The translations under genes were made by a program, and so were the position numbers. The notes under the pieces were generated by a model. That model was given only the letters and a program-made list of their open reading frames with translations. It had not been told where the DNA came from and searched no databases. Shown here piece after piece: positions 55,099 to 64,000 of a stretch of DNA of 64,000 nucleotides (its first letter is position 1; every line of letters starts with the position of its first letter). The DNA lies in the NCBI GenBank assembly GCA_947457515.1, contig CANGWC010000001.1, positions 34,153 through 98,152 on the forward strand, in the 5' to 3' direction. This DNA is from Silvanigrellaceae bacterium. Lineage in GTDB: Bacteria; Bdellovibrionota_B; Oligoflexia; Silvanigrellales; CANGWC01.

Positions 55099-55847
55099 AA
55101 ATTTATTTTAACTCCTAGAAGGGTGATATTGTCTTCACCTCCCCGCTCATTTGCAAGGTTAACAAGATCGGAGATGGAGGTTTTGAGATCCTTATTTGAA
55201 AGCATAGCGGATAATTCATAAGGTTCTACCTTATTAGATAATCCATCAGAACAAAGGAGATATATATCTCCTTTCTCTATTTCATGCATAGGTGTATCCA
55301 CTTCTTCCTCCTGTTGGTAACCAACACATCGAGTAATAATGTTCTTTGCGGGAGCATATTTTAATAAAACACCTGATTTTTGTTGTTCGTTAATGAGAGA
55401 ATGATCATCTGTCATTTGATACAGATAACCATAACGCCAAAGATAACATCGACTGTCTCCTACATGACCTATAAGAGCTGTAGTCGCATATCTTGTTTCC
55501 CATTCTCCTTCAGGAGGTATCCAGAGTAAAGTGCAAGTAGTTCCCATGCCTCTATATTGAGGATGTGCCAAAGAAAACTCGTATATTTTGAGACTTGCAG
55601 AATTAATCGCCTCACTGATAAAAGACTGGCGGTAGGCACGATTCATCCCCATAATATGGGTAAGATTTTCCTCAAATATTTTTGATATCACCTGAACGGC
55701 CATAGAGCTTGCGATTTCTCCTCCGGCTTTTCCCCCAATACCATCTGCTACGATAAACAGTCCCATCTCTGGAGAACAGTAAAATGAATCTTGATTAGAC
55801 TCTCTGACCATTCCTTTATGACTGACGTAGTGACTTTCAAACTGCAT
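55095..55847 (-). CDS. PP2C-family Ser/Thr protein phosphatase
   Basis: FIVADGIGGKAGGEIAS, LLCSDGLS and GGEDNITLLGVKI. It overlaps the downstream gene by 4 nt and the upstream gene by 1 nt. Confidence 0.85.
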   Translation of the reverse strand: MQFESHYVSHKGMVRESNQDSFYCSPEMGLFIVADGIGGKAGGEIASSMAVQVISKIFEENLTHIMGMNRAYRQSFISEAINSASLKIYEFSLAHPQYRGMGTTCTLLWIPPEGEWETRYATTALIGHVGDSRCYLWRYGYLYQMTDDHSLINEQQKSGVLLKYAPAKNIITRCVGYQQEEEVDTPMHEIEKGDIYLLCSDGLSNKVEPYELSAMLSNKDLKTSISDLVNLANERGGEDNITLLGVKINL

Positions 55848-57238
55848 TAAAATATATCCATAATTCGTTCTTGTTTTCTGATTAAAGTCACTGTTATTTG
55901 TCCTGGAAAATCAACTTTTAATTCTAAATCATTGATAATATCTCTAGCAAGCATCACAGCTCCTTCATCTGTAACTTTCTTAGGATTTACAAATATTCTC
56001 ACTTCTCGACCTGCATGCATCAGATCGTAGCTGATCATTCCACGATGATAAAATTCTTTTAAAATTTCTTGTATTTTTTCAAGTTTCTTTTGATATCCTT
56101 CTTCTCCATGAACTCTAGCTCCTGGACGACCTCCGGACATAGCATCAGCTGTTTTGAGAACATATGCATGAGGAGTCTCTACTATTTTGTCATCATGATG
56201 CGCTAAAATCGTATCAATAATCTCCTCTGATTCTCCATAACGTTGAGCATAATCAGCACTGATCACTGCATGCCCTCCATCTATCTTATAATCTAAAGCT
56301 TTACCTATATCGTGAAGTAATCCAGCTCTTTTAGCGATTTCAATATCAATGCCCATTTCATGGGCGATCATCCCGGATAAAAAAGAAACTTCTTTAGAAT
56401 GAAAGTACTGATTCTGTCTATGACTTGTTCGATAATTCAGCATTCCAATCAGTTTTAGAATTTCATGATGTGGGAATGTTTTTAATCTTAATTCTTTAAC
56501 TGCGTCTTTCCCAAGTTGAAGACAATAATTTTCAAGAATTTTTGTATATTTATCATAAAGTTGAACTGCTTTTTCTTCCGTTTGAACACTGTGTTTGATC
56601 ATATCTTCTAGTGCGAGACGTAAAGCTTCTTTCTCTAACCCTCCACCCTGAGCTACTCTAATATAGGATTCTTCTGTATCCTCAATAATATCAATCGTAC
56701 ACCCTGTCATTTCTGTGAGACGAGGCAACCATGTTAAAGCTTGATACTTTTTAACAACTTGTTGATTAGGTAAATAAATTAAAAGATTTGGTTTTGGCCA
56801 GAAAAAGTTAGGACAATAACGAGCATCTATTGTTTCTAAAAACCTTAAGCTTTCTTTCTTAGCTTGGCTTGTTTTACTTTCAATGTAAGAGTTTTTCCAA
56901 CGTTTGAGATCAAACTCCCATTCTTCCATAGTCTTTTGTTTATAGACTTCATAAAGGCTTTGTTTAGAATATTGAGACTTGTTCTCTAAATTTTTTTCAA
57001 ATTCTGTCTTAAAAACAAGAGCATCTTGTTTAAATTGCTCTATTTTAGACTCAATCACTTTATTTTCTTGATTTATTTTATTTAGAAAAGCTTCTTTGCT
57101 TTGAAGAGTTTGTGACCATAAATCCAAATCTTTTTCGGCATTTACGAGTGTTTCTAAATACTTATTCTGTTCCTCAAGATCTGATTTAAAGACATCTTCT
57201 TCAGATAAGCTGTTTTTTTTTGAATAATTTTTTTTCAT
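55847..57238 (-). CDS. rny: Ribonuclease Y-like HD-domain protein (no N-terminal TM)
   Basis: HD domain (HSKEVSFLSGMIAHEMG...LLHDIGKA...ILAHHD), an N-terminal coiled coil, and a KH-like region. The SD AGGAAG precedes the ATG at 57238. Confidence 0.8.
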   Translation of the reverse strand: MKKNYSKKNSLSEEDVFKSDLEEQNKYLETLVNAEKDLDLWSQTLQSKEAFLNKINQENKVIESKIEQFKQDALVFKTEFEKNLENKSQYSKQSLYEVYKQKTMEEWEFDLKRWKNSYIESKTSQAKKESLRFLETIDARYCPNFFWPKPNLLIYLPNQQVVKKYQALTWLPRLTEMTGCTIDIIEDTEESYIRVAQGGGLEKEALRLALEDMIKHSVQTEEKAVQLYDKYTKILENYCLQLGKDAVKELRLKTFPHHEILKLIGMLNYRTSHRQNQYFHSKEVSFLSGMIAHEMGIDIEIAKRAGLLHDIGKALDYKIDGGHAVISADYAQRYGESEEIIDTILAHHDDKIVETPHAYVLKTADAMSGGRPGARVHGEEGYQKKLEKIQEILKEFYHRGMISYDLMHAGREVRIFVNPKKVTDEGAVMLARDIINDLELKVDFPGQITVTLIRKQERIMDIF

Positions 57239-57364
57239 TTCTTCCTATTTTACACTAAAATTTAATAAAATCAACCCTATTAATGTTTATATCATTCAAC
57301 CACATAGCATGATGGGCTTTAAAGTTGAGTGCTGATATTATATCTATATTATCATTAACAATGA

Positions 57365-58081
57365 GTGAACAATCATTTGCCAACATCATTATTAGCCCAG
57401 TACTTTCCTTTATTTTTACTTTCTTTTTTAGGAAATCCAAAGAACTTTGAGAGTTCAATCAATTCAGTTCATCCCCACACTCTTGAAATTTCTGTTTTAG
57501 GTCACATAGATTTTACTACAAAAATTAATGAAGTCTCCCAAACTTCAATTCAAACCTTTTTACTTCCTCTGATCACAACAACTCCTCTTTATTCCGGATT
57601 CTTAAATTATAAATATCTTGTAGAGAGTTCTTTTTTAGGAGCATCTCCTTTAACTTTTGGAATTTTATTCCAAGATGAGCGATGGGGAGGAATAGAAATG
57701 TGGAACCCCTCTCTTTCTTTTATAGGTGAAAAATGGGATTTTAACCTTTCTTTTTTTCAGGTCGCTTTTTTAGCTCAGGATTATCCCCATGATCTGATTT
57801 CTGGGTGGAGTGGAAATGCTTATCACTTATCCTTACATGGAATTTTTAAATCCGAAGTCGGAGATTTTTCATTTCTCACTTTCCTTCCTATTTACTATTT
57901 TATGAATCATACAGACTACAATCAAAGAATGATTGTTTCTTCTAGAAATCTAGGCACTCCCGGAGGCCATATTCTTTTCTCATCTGGATCTTGGAGAGGT
58001 GGTCTTATTTTGATGCCATCTTATGGCAATTTTGTACTCACACATGTTTATCCTTCTTTGAGTTATCAGGTATATTTCTAG
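57365..58081 (+). CDS. Putative outer-membrane beta-barrel protein
   Basis: 238 aa with alternating hydrophobic beta-strand patterning and a C-terminal ...SLSYQVYF (terminal aromatic residue). GTG start. The N-terminus is uncertain. Confidence 0.4.
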   Translation: MNNHLPTSLLAQYFPLFLLSFLGNPKNFESSINSVHPHTLEISVLGHIDFTTKINEVSQTSIQTFLLPLITTTPLYSGFLNYKYLVESSFLGASPLTFGILFQDERWGGIEMWNPSLSFIGEKWDFNLSFFQVAFLAQDYPHDLISGWSGNAYHLSLHGIFKSEVGDFSFLTFLPIYYFMNHTDYNQRMIVSSRNLGTPGGHILFSSGSWRGGLILMPSYGNFVLTHVYPSLSYQVYF

Positions 58082-59187
58082 TGTTCTTTATTTTCTTTTT
58101 GTTAATATTTTGTAGTAATCCTAACCCCAGTAAAGAAACACCTATATACCTAGAAACCTATACTGTTGAACCTTATCTTAAGTTCAAATTAGGTCCTCAA
58201 GTATTTTCCAATCTCAACAGTCTCGTTCCTTTTAAACACAAAGATCTTGATCTTTATGAAAGCGGAAAATTGATAGGCACAAAAACACAAGGATCTATTG
58301 TCATTGCTCATGAATTTGAAAGTCTAGAACCTATCTCTTTAAGATTTAAAACCATTAATAATATCCATTACCCCATTGATTCATCTTCTTTTTTGCTATT
58401 GTCTGCAGCTCATCAATTAGAGAAAATCATTGCTCGATTCCAAACAATCATCATTTCTAGTGACTTTAACCCACAAAACTTTCTGAATTGGATACGGCCT
58501 TTAAAAGTGATTTATGACTCGAGAATTGAATTTAGAGATCCTCATTTTGTATCTGAAACTTATATACAATCTAATGCTGCTTACTTAGGTGGTCAAAAGT
58601 CCATGCTTTTGTATAAACCAACAGCAAATGAGTCTGTACCATTAAGTGCTAATGCTCAGGTTTTAGCTCATGAATTTTTTCATGGAATTTTTGAATATTC
58701 ATTTTTTGATCAAAAATTTGATGAAAATGGTCTCCTAGAAAATAGTGATGCTATTCATGGAATTAATGAAGGTCTTGCAGATTTTTTCAGTTATCTTATC
58801 ACTGGAGAACCCAATATTTTAGGAAAAAGCTTTTCTCTGAATTACTATCAAAAGTGGAGAAATTTTAGTTCTCTTGCTTTTAAGTTTGCGGATATAGCAT
58901 CATCAGTATGCCCTACAGGATTTTATTGTTATGGAACACTTTTGGCTCACTCTTTATGGGCTAGTCTTAAAAACTCTTCCTTGGAAACAAAAGCGAATAA
59001 ATTTACAATTTTTTTCTCTAAATTATTTAGCATTAAAGATCAGTTTAAGGATTTTTTGGTGGGAGATCTCCAAGGTCAGTTTCAAAAAATTTGGTCCCTT
59101 CTTATGCCAACTCTCCCAGCAGATTTCTCCCATGATCTGTGCCCTTATTTGGCAGATGACTTTAACGTCTCTTTGCCATGCCAATGA
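58081..59187 (+). CDS. Putative zinc metalloprotease (thermolysin-like HEXXH...NEGxADFF), lipoprotein-like
   Basis: VLAHEFFHG plus GINEGLADFFSY 28 residues later resembles the gluzincin HEXXH...GxxNEAxSD arrangement. The GTG at 58081 gives MFFIFFLLIFCSNP. The ORF-track start at 57991 overlaps the upstream gene. Confidence 0.5.
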   Translation: MFFIFFLLIFCSNPNPSKETPIYLETYTVEPYLKFKLGPQVFSNLNSLVPFKHKDLDLYESGKLIGTKTQGSIVIAHEFESLEPISLRFKTINNIHYPIDSSSFLLLSAAHQLEKIIARFQTIIISSDFNPQNFLNWIRPLKVIYDSRIEFRDPHFVSETYIQSNAAYLGGQKSMLLYKPTANESVPLSANAQVLAHEFFHGIFEYSFFDQKFDENGLLENSDAIHGINEGLADFFSYLITGEPNILGKSFSLNYYQKWRNFSSLAFKFADIASSVCPTGFYCYGTLLAHSLWASLKNSSLETKANKFTIFFSKLFSIKDQFKDFLVGDLQGQFQKIWSLLMPTLPADFSHDLCPYLADDFNVSLPCQ

Positions 59188-59668
59188 ATGGGGGATTGGA
59201 TTTAATAACCAAGATCAGGTTTTTATAGATATCAAAAATACAGATAACTCTTTTTTATTTTATGGATTAAATTTAGGAATCAAACAAGAAACTCCTATTC
59301 CGAGTCATAATATCTCTTGGAGAGAATGGCATTTTTTTCCTAGTATAGAAGTGGGTAAAGTCCTTTATCCTTTTTTCTATACTTCCGTAAAGTTTGGAGT
59401 TCACTCCACTTCAATCAAAGTCAATTCTCGTAGTATGGATCAGGTGGGGGAATATAAAATTGATTTATTAGAACCTACTTTAGGTTTCACTCAATATTTT
59501 CCTTTTCATCCTAAAAAACTGAATTTATCTGAGGATAAACAAAATCTTGACTCTCTATCCTCATTAGATTTTCAATGTGGTCCTTGGATAGATTTTTCTG
59601 TTTTACCTCAATTAGAAGTCAGTTACGGGTTACAAATGTCCCTGAATGTCAAAAACACTCCGACCTAA
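59156..59668 (+). CDS. Hypothetical beta-rich protein, start unresolved
   Basis: The frame is open from 58931, overlapping the metalloprotease by 257 nt. The first plausible ATG is at 59156. No signal peptide is visible. Confidence 0.35.
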   Translation: MTLTSLCHANEWGIGFNNQDQVFIDIKNTDNSFLFYGLNLGIKQETPIPSHNISWREWHFFPSIEVGKVLYPFFYTSVKFGVHSTSIKVNSRSMDQVGEYKIDLLEPTLGFTQYFPFHPKKLNLSEDKQNLDSLSSLDFQCGPWIDFSVLPQLEVSYGLQMSLNVKNTPT

Positions 59669-59695
59669 AGTCGTAAGAAACCTTTATTTTAAATT

Positions 59696-61051
59696 ATGGG
59701 TATTCGCGCTGCTGGTTCATCATCACCATCACAAATTGCTGAGAAAGTTATTGAGATGGAGAAGCTCCCTCTTAAGCAGTTAGAAGTACGTAAAAAGAAA
59801 ATACAAGATGAACAGAAAGTCTTTAAGGAACTTTCCACTTTAGTGAATGGTCTAAATAGTTCTATTGGACAGCTCAAATCAAAAAAAGATTTCTATAAGT
59901 TAAAATTAGAAAGCTCTTCCCCGGATATCATTGATGGATCTGTAACCATTGATGCTCCCGTAGGTTCATATGAGGTAGAAGTTCAACAACTTGCAAAATC
60001 ACATAAACTTTTAACTAAAAGTTTCCCAGATAAAGATAAAACTTCTTTAGGATTTGGATATCTTCGTTTGGAGTTAGATGATGGCTCTTCCGTAGACATT
60101 GATATTGATCCTTCTAAATCAACTCTACAAGAAGTCTCTCAACAGATTAATGATGCTTCTAAAGATATTAAAGCTTATGTATTGAAAACAAAAGAGAATA
60201 TTGAATTAGATGGTGAAGATGGGTATCGATTACTTGTGTTTTCTGAGAAAACAGGGAAACAAGCTAAGATATTTATAGATAATGATATGTTATATAGTGA
60301 TTTCCATGAAAAAGTAACGGCAAAGAATTTAAAAATACTTTTTGAAGATGTCCCTATTTATGATGAAACGAACTCTGTTAAAGACATTCTTCCGGGAATG
60401 AGTTTAACGGCTAAACGTTCTGAACCCGGATTAAAAGTTGAGATAAAAGTTGATTACGATGTTGATAAAACTTTTGAGTCTATTAAAACTTTTGTAGAAA
60501 ATTATAATAAATTCAATGATTTTATAGAAAAACAATTCCAAGTTGATCCAGAAACTCAACGAGCTGGGCCTCTTGCTTATGATAATACTTTAAGAACTCT
60601 TAAAAATAGTCTACGAGGACCTTTGCAAGGTCAGCATTATCATAAAATTTTAGGTGATTTTGGAGTCACCACTGATCCTAAAAATGGAAACCTAAAGTTA
60701 GATGAAGCAAAAATTAAAAAAGCACTTTCCGATGATTATGTGGGAGTAGCTCGTTTCTTTATCGAAACCCGTGAACATTCTGGATTAGGTAACGAACTTC
60801 AGAAAACCTTAAAAAGCATTACAGATCTTTCTTCCGGGCCTATTGCTTCCAGAGACCGTCAATTCAAAAGACAGATTACAGAAGTGGATAAATCTTACGA
60901 TCAACAACAAAGGTTCTTTGATCAAAAATCAGCTTCTATCAAAAGAAGATTTACACAATTAGAACAATTCCTAGGACAAATGAATAATCAAAGCCAGGTG
61001 ATGCAAGCAAAACTTGGTGGAGGAGCACCTCAGGATCCATCTGGAAGTTAA
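59696..61051 (+). CDS. fliD: Flagellar filament cap protein FliD
   Basis: The N-terminal IAEKVIEMEKLPLKQLEVRKKKIQDEQKVFKEL and the C-terminal coiled coil (FDQKSASIKRRFTQLEQFLGQMNNQ) are typical of FliD. fliS follows. Confidence 0.8.
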   Translation: MGIRAAGSSSPSQIAEKVIEMEKLPLKQLEVRKKKIQDEQKVFKELSTLVNGLNSSIGQLKSKKDFYKLKLESSSPDIIDGSVTIDAPVGSYEVEVQQLAKSHKLLTKSFPDKDKTSLGFGYLRLELDDGSSVDIDIDPSKSTLQEVSQQINDASKDIKAYVLKTKENIELDGEDGYRLLVFSEKTGKQAKIFIDNDMLYSDFHEKVTAKNLKILFEDVPIYDETNSVKDILPGMSLTAKRSEPGLKVEIKVDYDVDKTFESIKTFVENYNKFNDFIEKQFQVDPETQRAGPLAYDNTLRTLKNSLRGPLQGQHYHKILGDFGVTTDPKNGNLKLDEAKIKKALSDDYVGVARFFIETREHSGLGNELQKTLKSITDLSSGPIASRDRQFKRQITEVDKSYDQQQRFFDQKSASIKRRFTQLEQFLGQMNNQSQVMQAKLGGGAPQDPSGS

Positions 61052-61063
61052 CTAGGAAATCAA

Positions 61064-61435
61064 ATGTCACTCAAATCGTATCAATCAACTCAAATCAATT
61101 CAGCTTCTAAAGAACAAATTCTTCTTATGCTTTATGAAGGGGCTATCTCTTTTACTCAAAGAGCTCAAAAAGCATTAAAATCAAAAGATATTGCTGGGAA
61201 AGGTAGAAATATTACAAAAGCTCTCGCTATTGTTAATGAACTTATGAATACTTTAGATCACTCCGTAGGTTCCCCTATCAGTAAAGATATAGAGTCTCTT
61301 TATGTCTTTACTCAAGATAAATTGATTGAAGCAAATCTTAATAACTCTATGGAAGCTTTAGAAGCAGTGGAAAAAATCTTAGGTATTTTGTACAAAGGCT
61401 GGAAAGAAGCTATTGAAAGTTTAGCTTCTAAATAG
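61064..61435 (+). CDS. fliS: Flagellin-specific chaperone FliS
   Basis: YQSTQINSASKEQILLMLYEGAISF matches FliS, the size is 123 aa, and the gene follows fliD. Confidence 0.85.
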   Translation: MSLKSYQSTQINSASKEQILLMLYEGAISFTQRAQKALKSKDIAGKGRNITKALAIVNELMNTLDHSVGSPISKDIESLYVFTQDKLIEANLNNSMEALEAVEKILGILYKGWKEAIESLASK

Positions 61436-61449
61436 AAATAAGAACTCCT

Positions 61450-62577
61450 ATGAAAGTTATGTTAGACGCAAGAGTTGTCACACAAACAGCTTTCCATGGG
61501 ATTGCTCGCTATGTCCAAGAACTCGTCTGTCACTTTACTGAGAACCCTCAGGATATTGAATTTTATTTCATTGTTCACTCAAAATCTCCTTTAATCCAAA
61601 GTCCTGTTCCTTCTCATATTCATTATATTTATTGTGATACGCCTTGGATGAGTCTTTGGAGTCAATGGAGCCTTCTCAAAATCATCCATCGCATTAAACC
61701 AGATATTTTTCATGCGCCTAGCTTTATGATTCCTTTTCTCTGTCCTTGCCCGATTATCTGTACTCTTCATGATCTTAATCATATCGTTTTGGGAGAATAC
61801 TACTCTTTATTTCATAGAATTTATTACTCTCTTCTTTTTTATCGGTTACGTAAACGCTCTATGATTTTGACCGTTTCAGAATTTTCTAAAACACAACTTA
61901 AAACCTATTTTCCCAAACAAGAAATTTATGTCACACCTAATGGTATTGGAGTAGAGTTTTCTCAATGTTTCTCTACAAATGAAATTAATAAGTTTAAAAA
62001 AGAGTATGAGTTACCTTCTAAATTTTTACTCACTATTGGAAATAAGAAACCTTATAAGAATATCAAAAATCTTATCCATGCTTATTGTCAGGGAGATTTT
62101 TCGTTACCTTTAGTACTTCTTTCTGAATTTGATGAAGAGTACACTCATATCGCTAAAAAATATGGCAAAAAACATAAACTTTATTTTTTAAGACCCATTC
62201 CTCATAGCTGTCTTCCGTTACTTTATCAATCAGCATCAGTTTTTATATATCCTTCATTATATGAAGGATTTGGGTTACCTCCATTGGAAGCTTTAATATC
62301 CCATACACCTGTTGTCTCATCACCAGTACCCTCTTTAACTGAATTCCTAGATCCTACCCTTTCAAAAACAGGTCTTTTCATGATTGATCCCAAAGATATT
62401 CAAAGTATTTCCGCAGGAATGATTTCAGGAATCCATTTTTTTGAAAATCATAACAGCTCTGATTCAATGACAAAAGAATGTAATATGGATTATTCTTGGG
62501 ATATTACTATCAAAAAAACTTTAGATATTTATGAAAAATCCATACAACTTTATTCACCCAAGCAACCTATTTTATGA
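61450..62577 (+). CDS. Glycosyltransferase, GT4 family
   Basis: C-terminal FIYPSLYEGFGLPPLEAL (EX7E motif). Confidence 0.8.
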   Translation: MKVMLDARVVTQTAFHGIARYVQELVCHFTENPQDIEFYFIVHSKSPLIQSPVPSHIHYIYCDTPWMSLWSQWSLLKIIHRIKPDIFHAPSFMIPFLCPCPIICTLHDLNHIVLGEYYSLFHRIYYSLLFYRLRKRSMILTVSEFSKTQLKTYFPKQEIYVTPNGIGVEFSQCFSTNEINKFKKEYELPSKFLLTIGNKKPYKNIKNLIHAYCQGDFSLPLVLLSEFDEEYTHIAKKYGKKHKLYFLRPIPHSCLPLLYQSASVFIYPSLYEGFGLPPLEALISHTPVVSSPVPSLTEFLDPTLSKTGLFMIDPKDIQSISAGMISGIHFFENHNSSDSMTKECNMDYSWDITIKKTLDIYEKSIQLYSPKQPIL

Positions 62578-63710
62578 GTGAAAAATTACAATTTAAAAAT
62601 CCTAATCTCCCTAGGATAGGATTAAATGGACGTTTCCTCTCTGCTAATAGAACAGGTGTCCAAAGAGCATCGTACAGACTTTTCCATACTATTATTGAAA
62701 AAGGCACTCATTTTAATTTTATTCTTTTCACTTCAGCACAAGAAAAAAATGCCTCTGAATGGAAAAAAGATAATGTTCAAGTGATCACTTCTCCTTTAAA
62801 GCTTCAAAGAAGTTTTCAAAACTATTTTTGGGAACAATGGACGTTACCAAGATTAATGAAAAAGTATAATTGCAGTCTCCTTCATAATCCTGCAAATTTA
62901 GCTCCTCTTCTTTGTGGCAAAAAAAACATTGTTCATATCCACGATCTTTGTTTCCTTATCGAACCTCAATGGTTCTCTTTTCACTTTCGTTGGCTTTATA
63001 AATTTCTTGTCCCCAAGATTAGTCAAAAAGCATTATTAGTTCTGACAAATTCTAATCATTCTAAAAATGATATTTTAGAATTACTCCCTGTAAATATTGA
63101 AAAAATACGTCACTTCTATTGGGGGGTAGAACCTATTTTTCATGAAGATGTTTTTAAAAGGCCCTGGTCTCAAAAAGAAGATCGTATTTTATTTGTTGGC
63201 TCTTTAGAACCCAGAAAAAACCTTCCTAATCTTCTTCTTGCTTATAATAAATTTAGAGAGAAGCATTTTGCTAAACTCACCATTGTAGGTTGTCATAATC
63301 CTGTTTTCGCAGATCATTCTTATTCTTTAGGTCAATATAAAGATGATATTGAGTTTTTAGGTTACATTCCTGATAGCACTCTTGCAGATCTTTATTCCCG
63401 CTCAAAAGTCCTTATCTATCCTAGTTTCTATGAAGGATTTGGACTTCCTCCTTTAGAAGCTATGGCTGTAGGAACTCCTGTTATCAGCAGTCATGCTTCA
63501 TCTTTACCTGAGATACTTGATCATGCTGCTCTGTATGTTGATCCTAAAGATTCTTCTTCCATCTTAAATAAACTCAATCTTTTATGGACAGATCAATCTC
63601 TTGCGGAGGATCTGATATCCAAAGGTTATCATCGCATTAAAGTTTTTGATTGGAATGATATTGCTGATTATATTTTAAGTCTTTATGCTTCTTGCCTAAG
63701 GACTTTATGA
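62574..63710 (+). CDS. Glycosyltransferase, GT4 family
   Basis: LIYPSFYEGFGLPPLEAMAVGTPVISS. There are 4-nt overlaps with both neighbours. Confidence 0.8.
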   Translation: MSEKLQFKNPNLPRIGLNGRFLSANRTGVQRASYRLFHTIIEKGTHFNFILFTSAQEKNASEWKKDNVQVITSPLKLQRSFQNYFWEQWTLPRLMKKYNCSLLHNPANLAPLLCGKKNIVHIHDLCFLIEPQWFSFHFRWLYKFLVPKISQKALLVLTNSNHSKNDILELLPVNIEKIRHFYWGVEPIFHEDVFKRPWSQKEDRILFVGSLEPRKNLPNLLLAYNKFREKHFAKLTIVGCHNPVFADHSYSLGQYKDDIEFLGYIPDSTLADLYSRSKVLIYPSFYEGFGLPPLEAMAVGTPVISSHASSLPEILDHAALYVDPKDSSSILNKLNLLWTDQSLAEDLISKGYHRIKVFDWNDIADYILSLYASCLRTL

Positions 63711-64000
63711 AAATACTTTGCGTTATCCCTTCACGAATTAATTCTTTTCGTCTCCCTCGTAAAGCTCTTGTTGATCTGGCTGGTAAGCCCATGATTCAAA
63801 GAGTCTACGAAGCTGCCATTCAATGTCCTGAATTCTCTAAAGTCATTGTTGCGACAGACAGTTTAGAAATAGAGTCTGTTATTAAAGGGATTCAAGGGAA
63901 TGTAGAACAAACGGAGGCTCATCATCTCACTGGGTCTGATCGAGTGGCAGAAGTGGCTTCTAGGTACCCAGAAATGGATATTATCGTGAATCTCCAAGGA
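63707..64000 (+). CDS. kdsB: CMP-sugar synthetase, KdsB-like (3' end cut by the window edge)
   Basis: MKILCVIPSRINSFRLPRKALVDLAGKPMIQRVYEAA...LTGSDRVAEV...NLQG parallels the KdsB N-terminus (IPAR..S.RLPGKPL..I.GKPMI...SGT.R.AEV...N.QGD). Confidence 0.7.
   Translation, partial: MKILCVIPSRINSFRLPRKALVDLAGKPMIQRVYEAAIQCPEFSKVIVATDSLEIESVIKGIQGNVEQTEAHHLTGSDRVAEVASRYPEMDIIVNLQG

Overview
This is a 64-kb, very AT-rich chromosomal segment from a flagellated, aerobic diderm bacterium. The evidence for that is BamB-like, LolC/E-like, ExbB/ExbD and KdsB genes together with FliW/FliD/FliS and RNase Y. I cannot place the lineage by eye; Bdellovibrionota/Oligoflexia-like is only a guess. Gene packing is very tight, with many 1-4 nt start/stop overlaps, several convergent 3' overlaps of 60-100 nt, and frequent GTG/TTG starts. 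Most of the content is housekeeping. It includes sdhCAB, pdhA/pdhB/E2, aconitase, hemF followed by a ccmF-ccmH fusion, greA, fmt-lepB, lon, dnaX, rny, dapA, rpmH, rpmB, three tRNAs (Glu, Phe, Thr) and an SRP RNA upstream of dnaX. I found no rRNA, CRISPR array, transposase, integrase or recognisable defence-system gene. Lineage-specific ORFans, mostly secreted or membrane proteins and often in coupled or paralogous pairs, are interspersed among the core genes. I do not see a clear-cut new multi-gene system. The best candidates for follow-up are: (1) a 79-aa hyper-acidic protein gene whose 3' end is antisense to corC and which sits where ybaB/recR usually follow ffs-dnaX; (2) a paralogous membrane-protein pair wedged between the sdh and pdh operons and abutting pdhA; (3) a malQ start codon that overlaps the CCA end of tRNA-Thr, with its Shine-Dalgarno inside the acceptor stem; (4) a long perfect hairpin burying the GTG start of a REC-TPR response regulator; (5) a phytochelatin-synthase-like gene with one in-frame TAA and an intact catalytic triad; (6) a tandem duplication that carried along the last 13 codons of rluB; (7) an HNH nuclease translationally coupled to a SpoU methyltransferase. 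All calls come from reading the ORF translations and the nucleotides by eye. No database search was run, and start sites are approximate.
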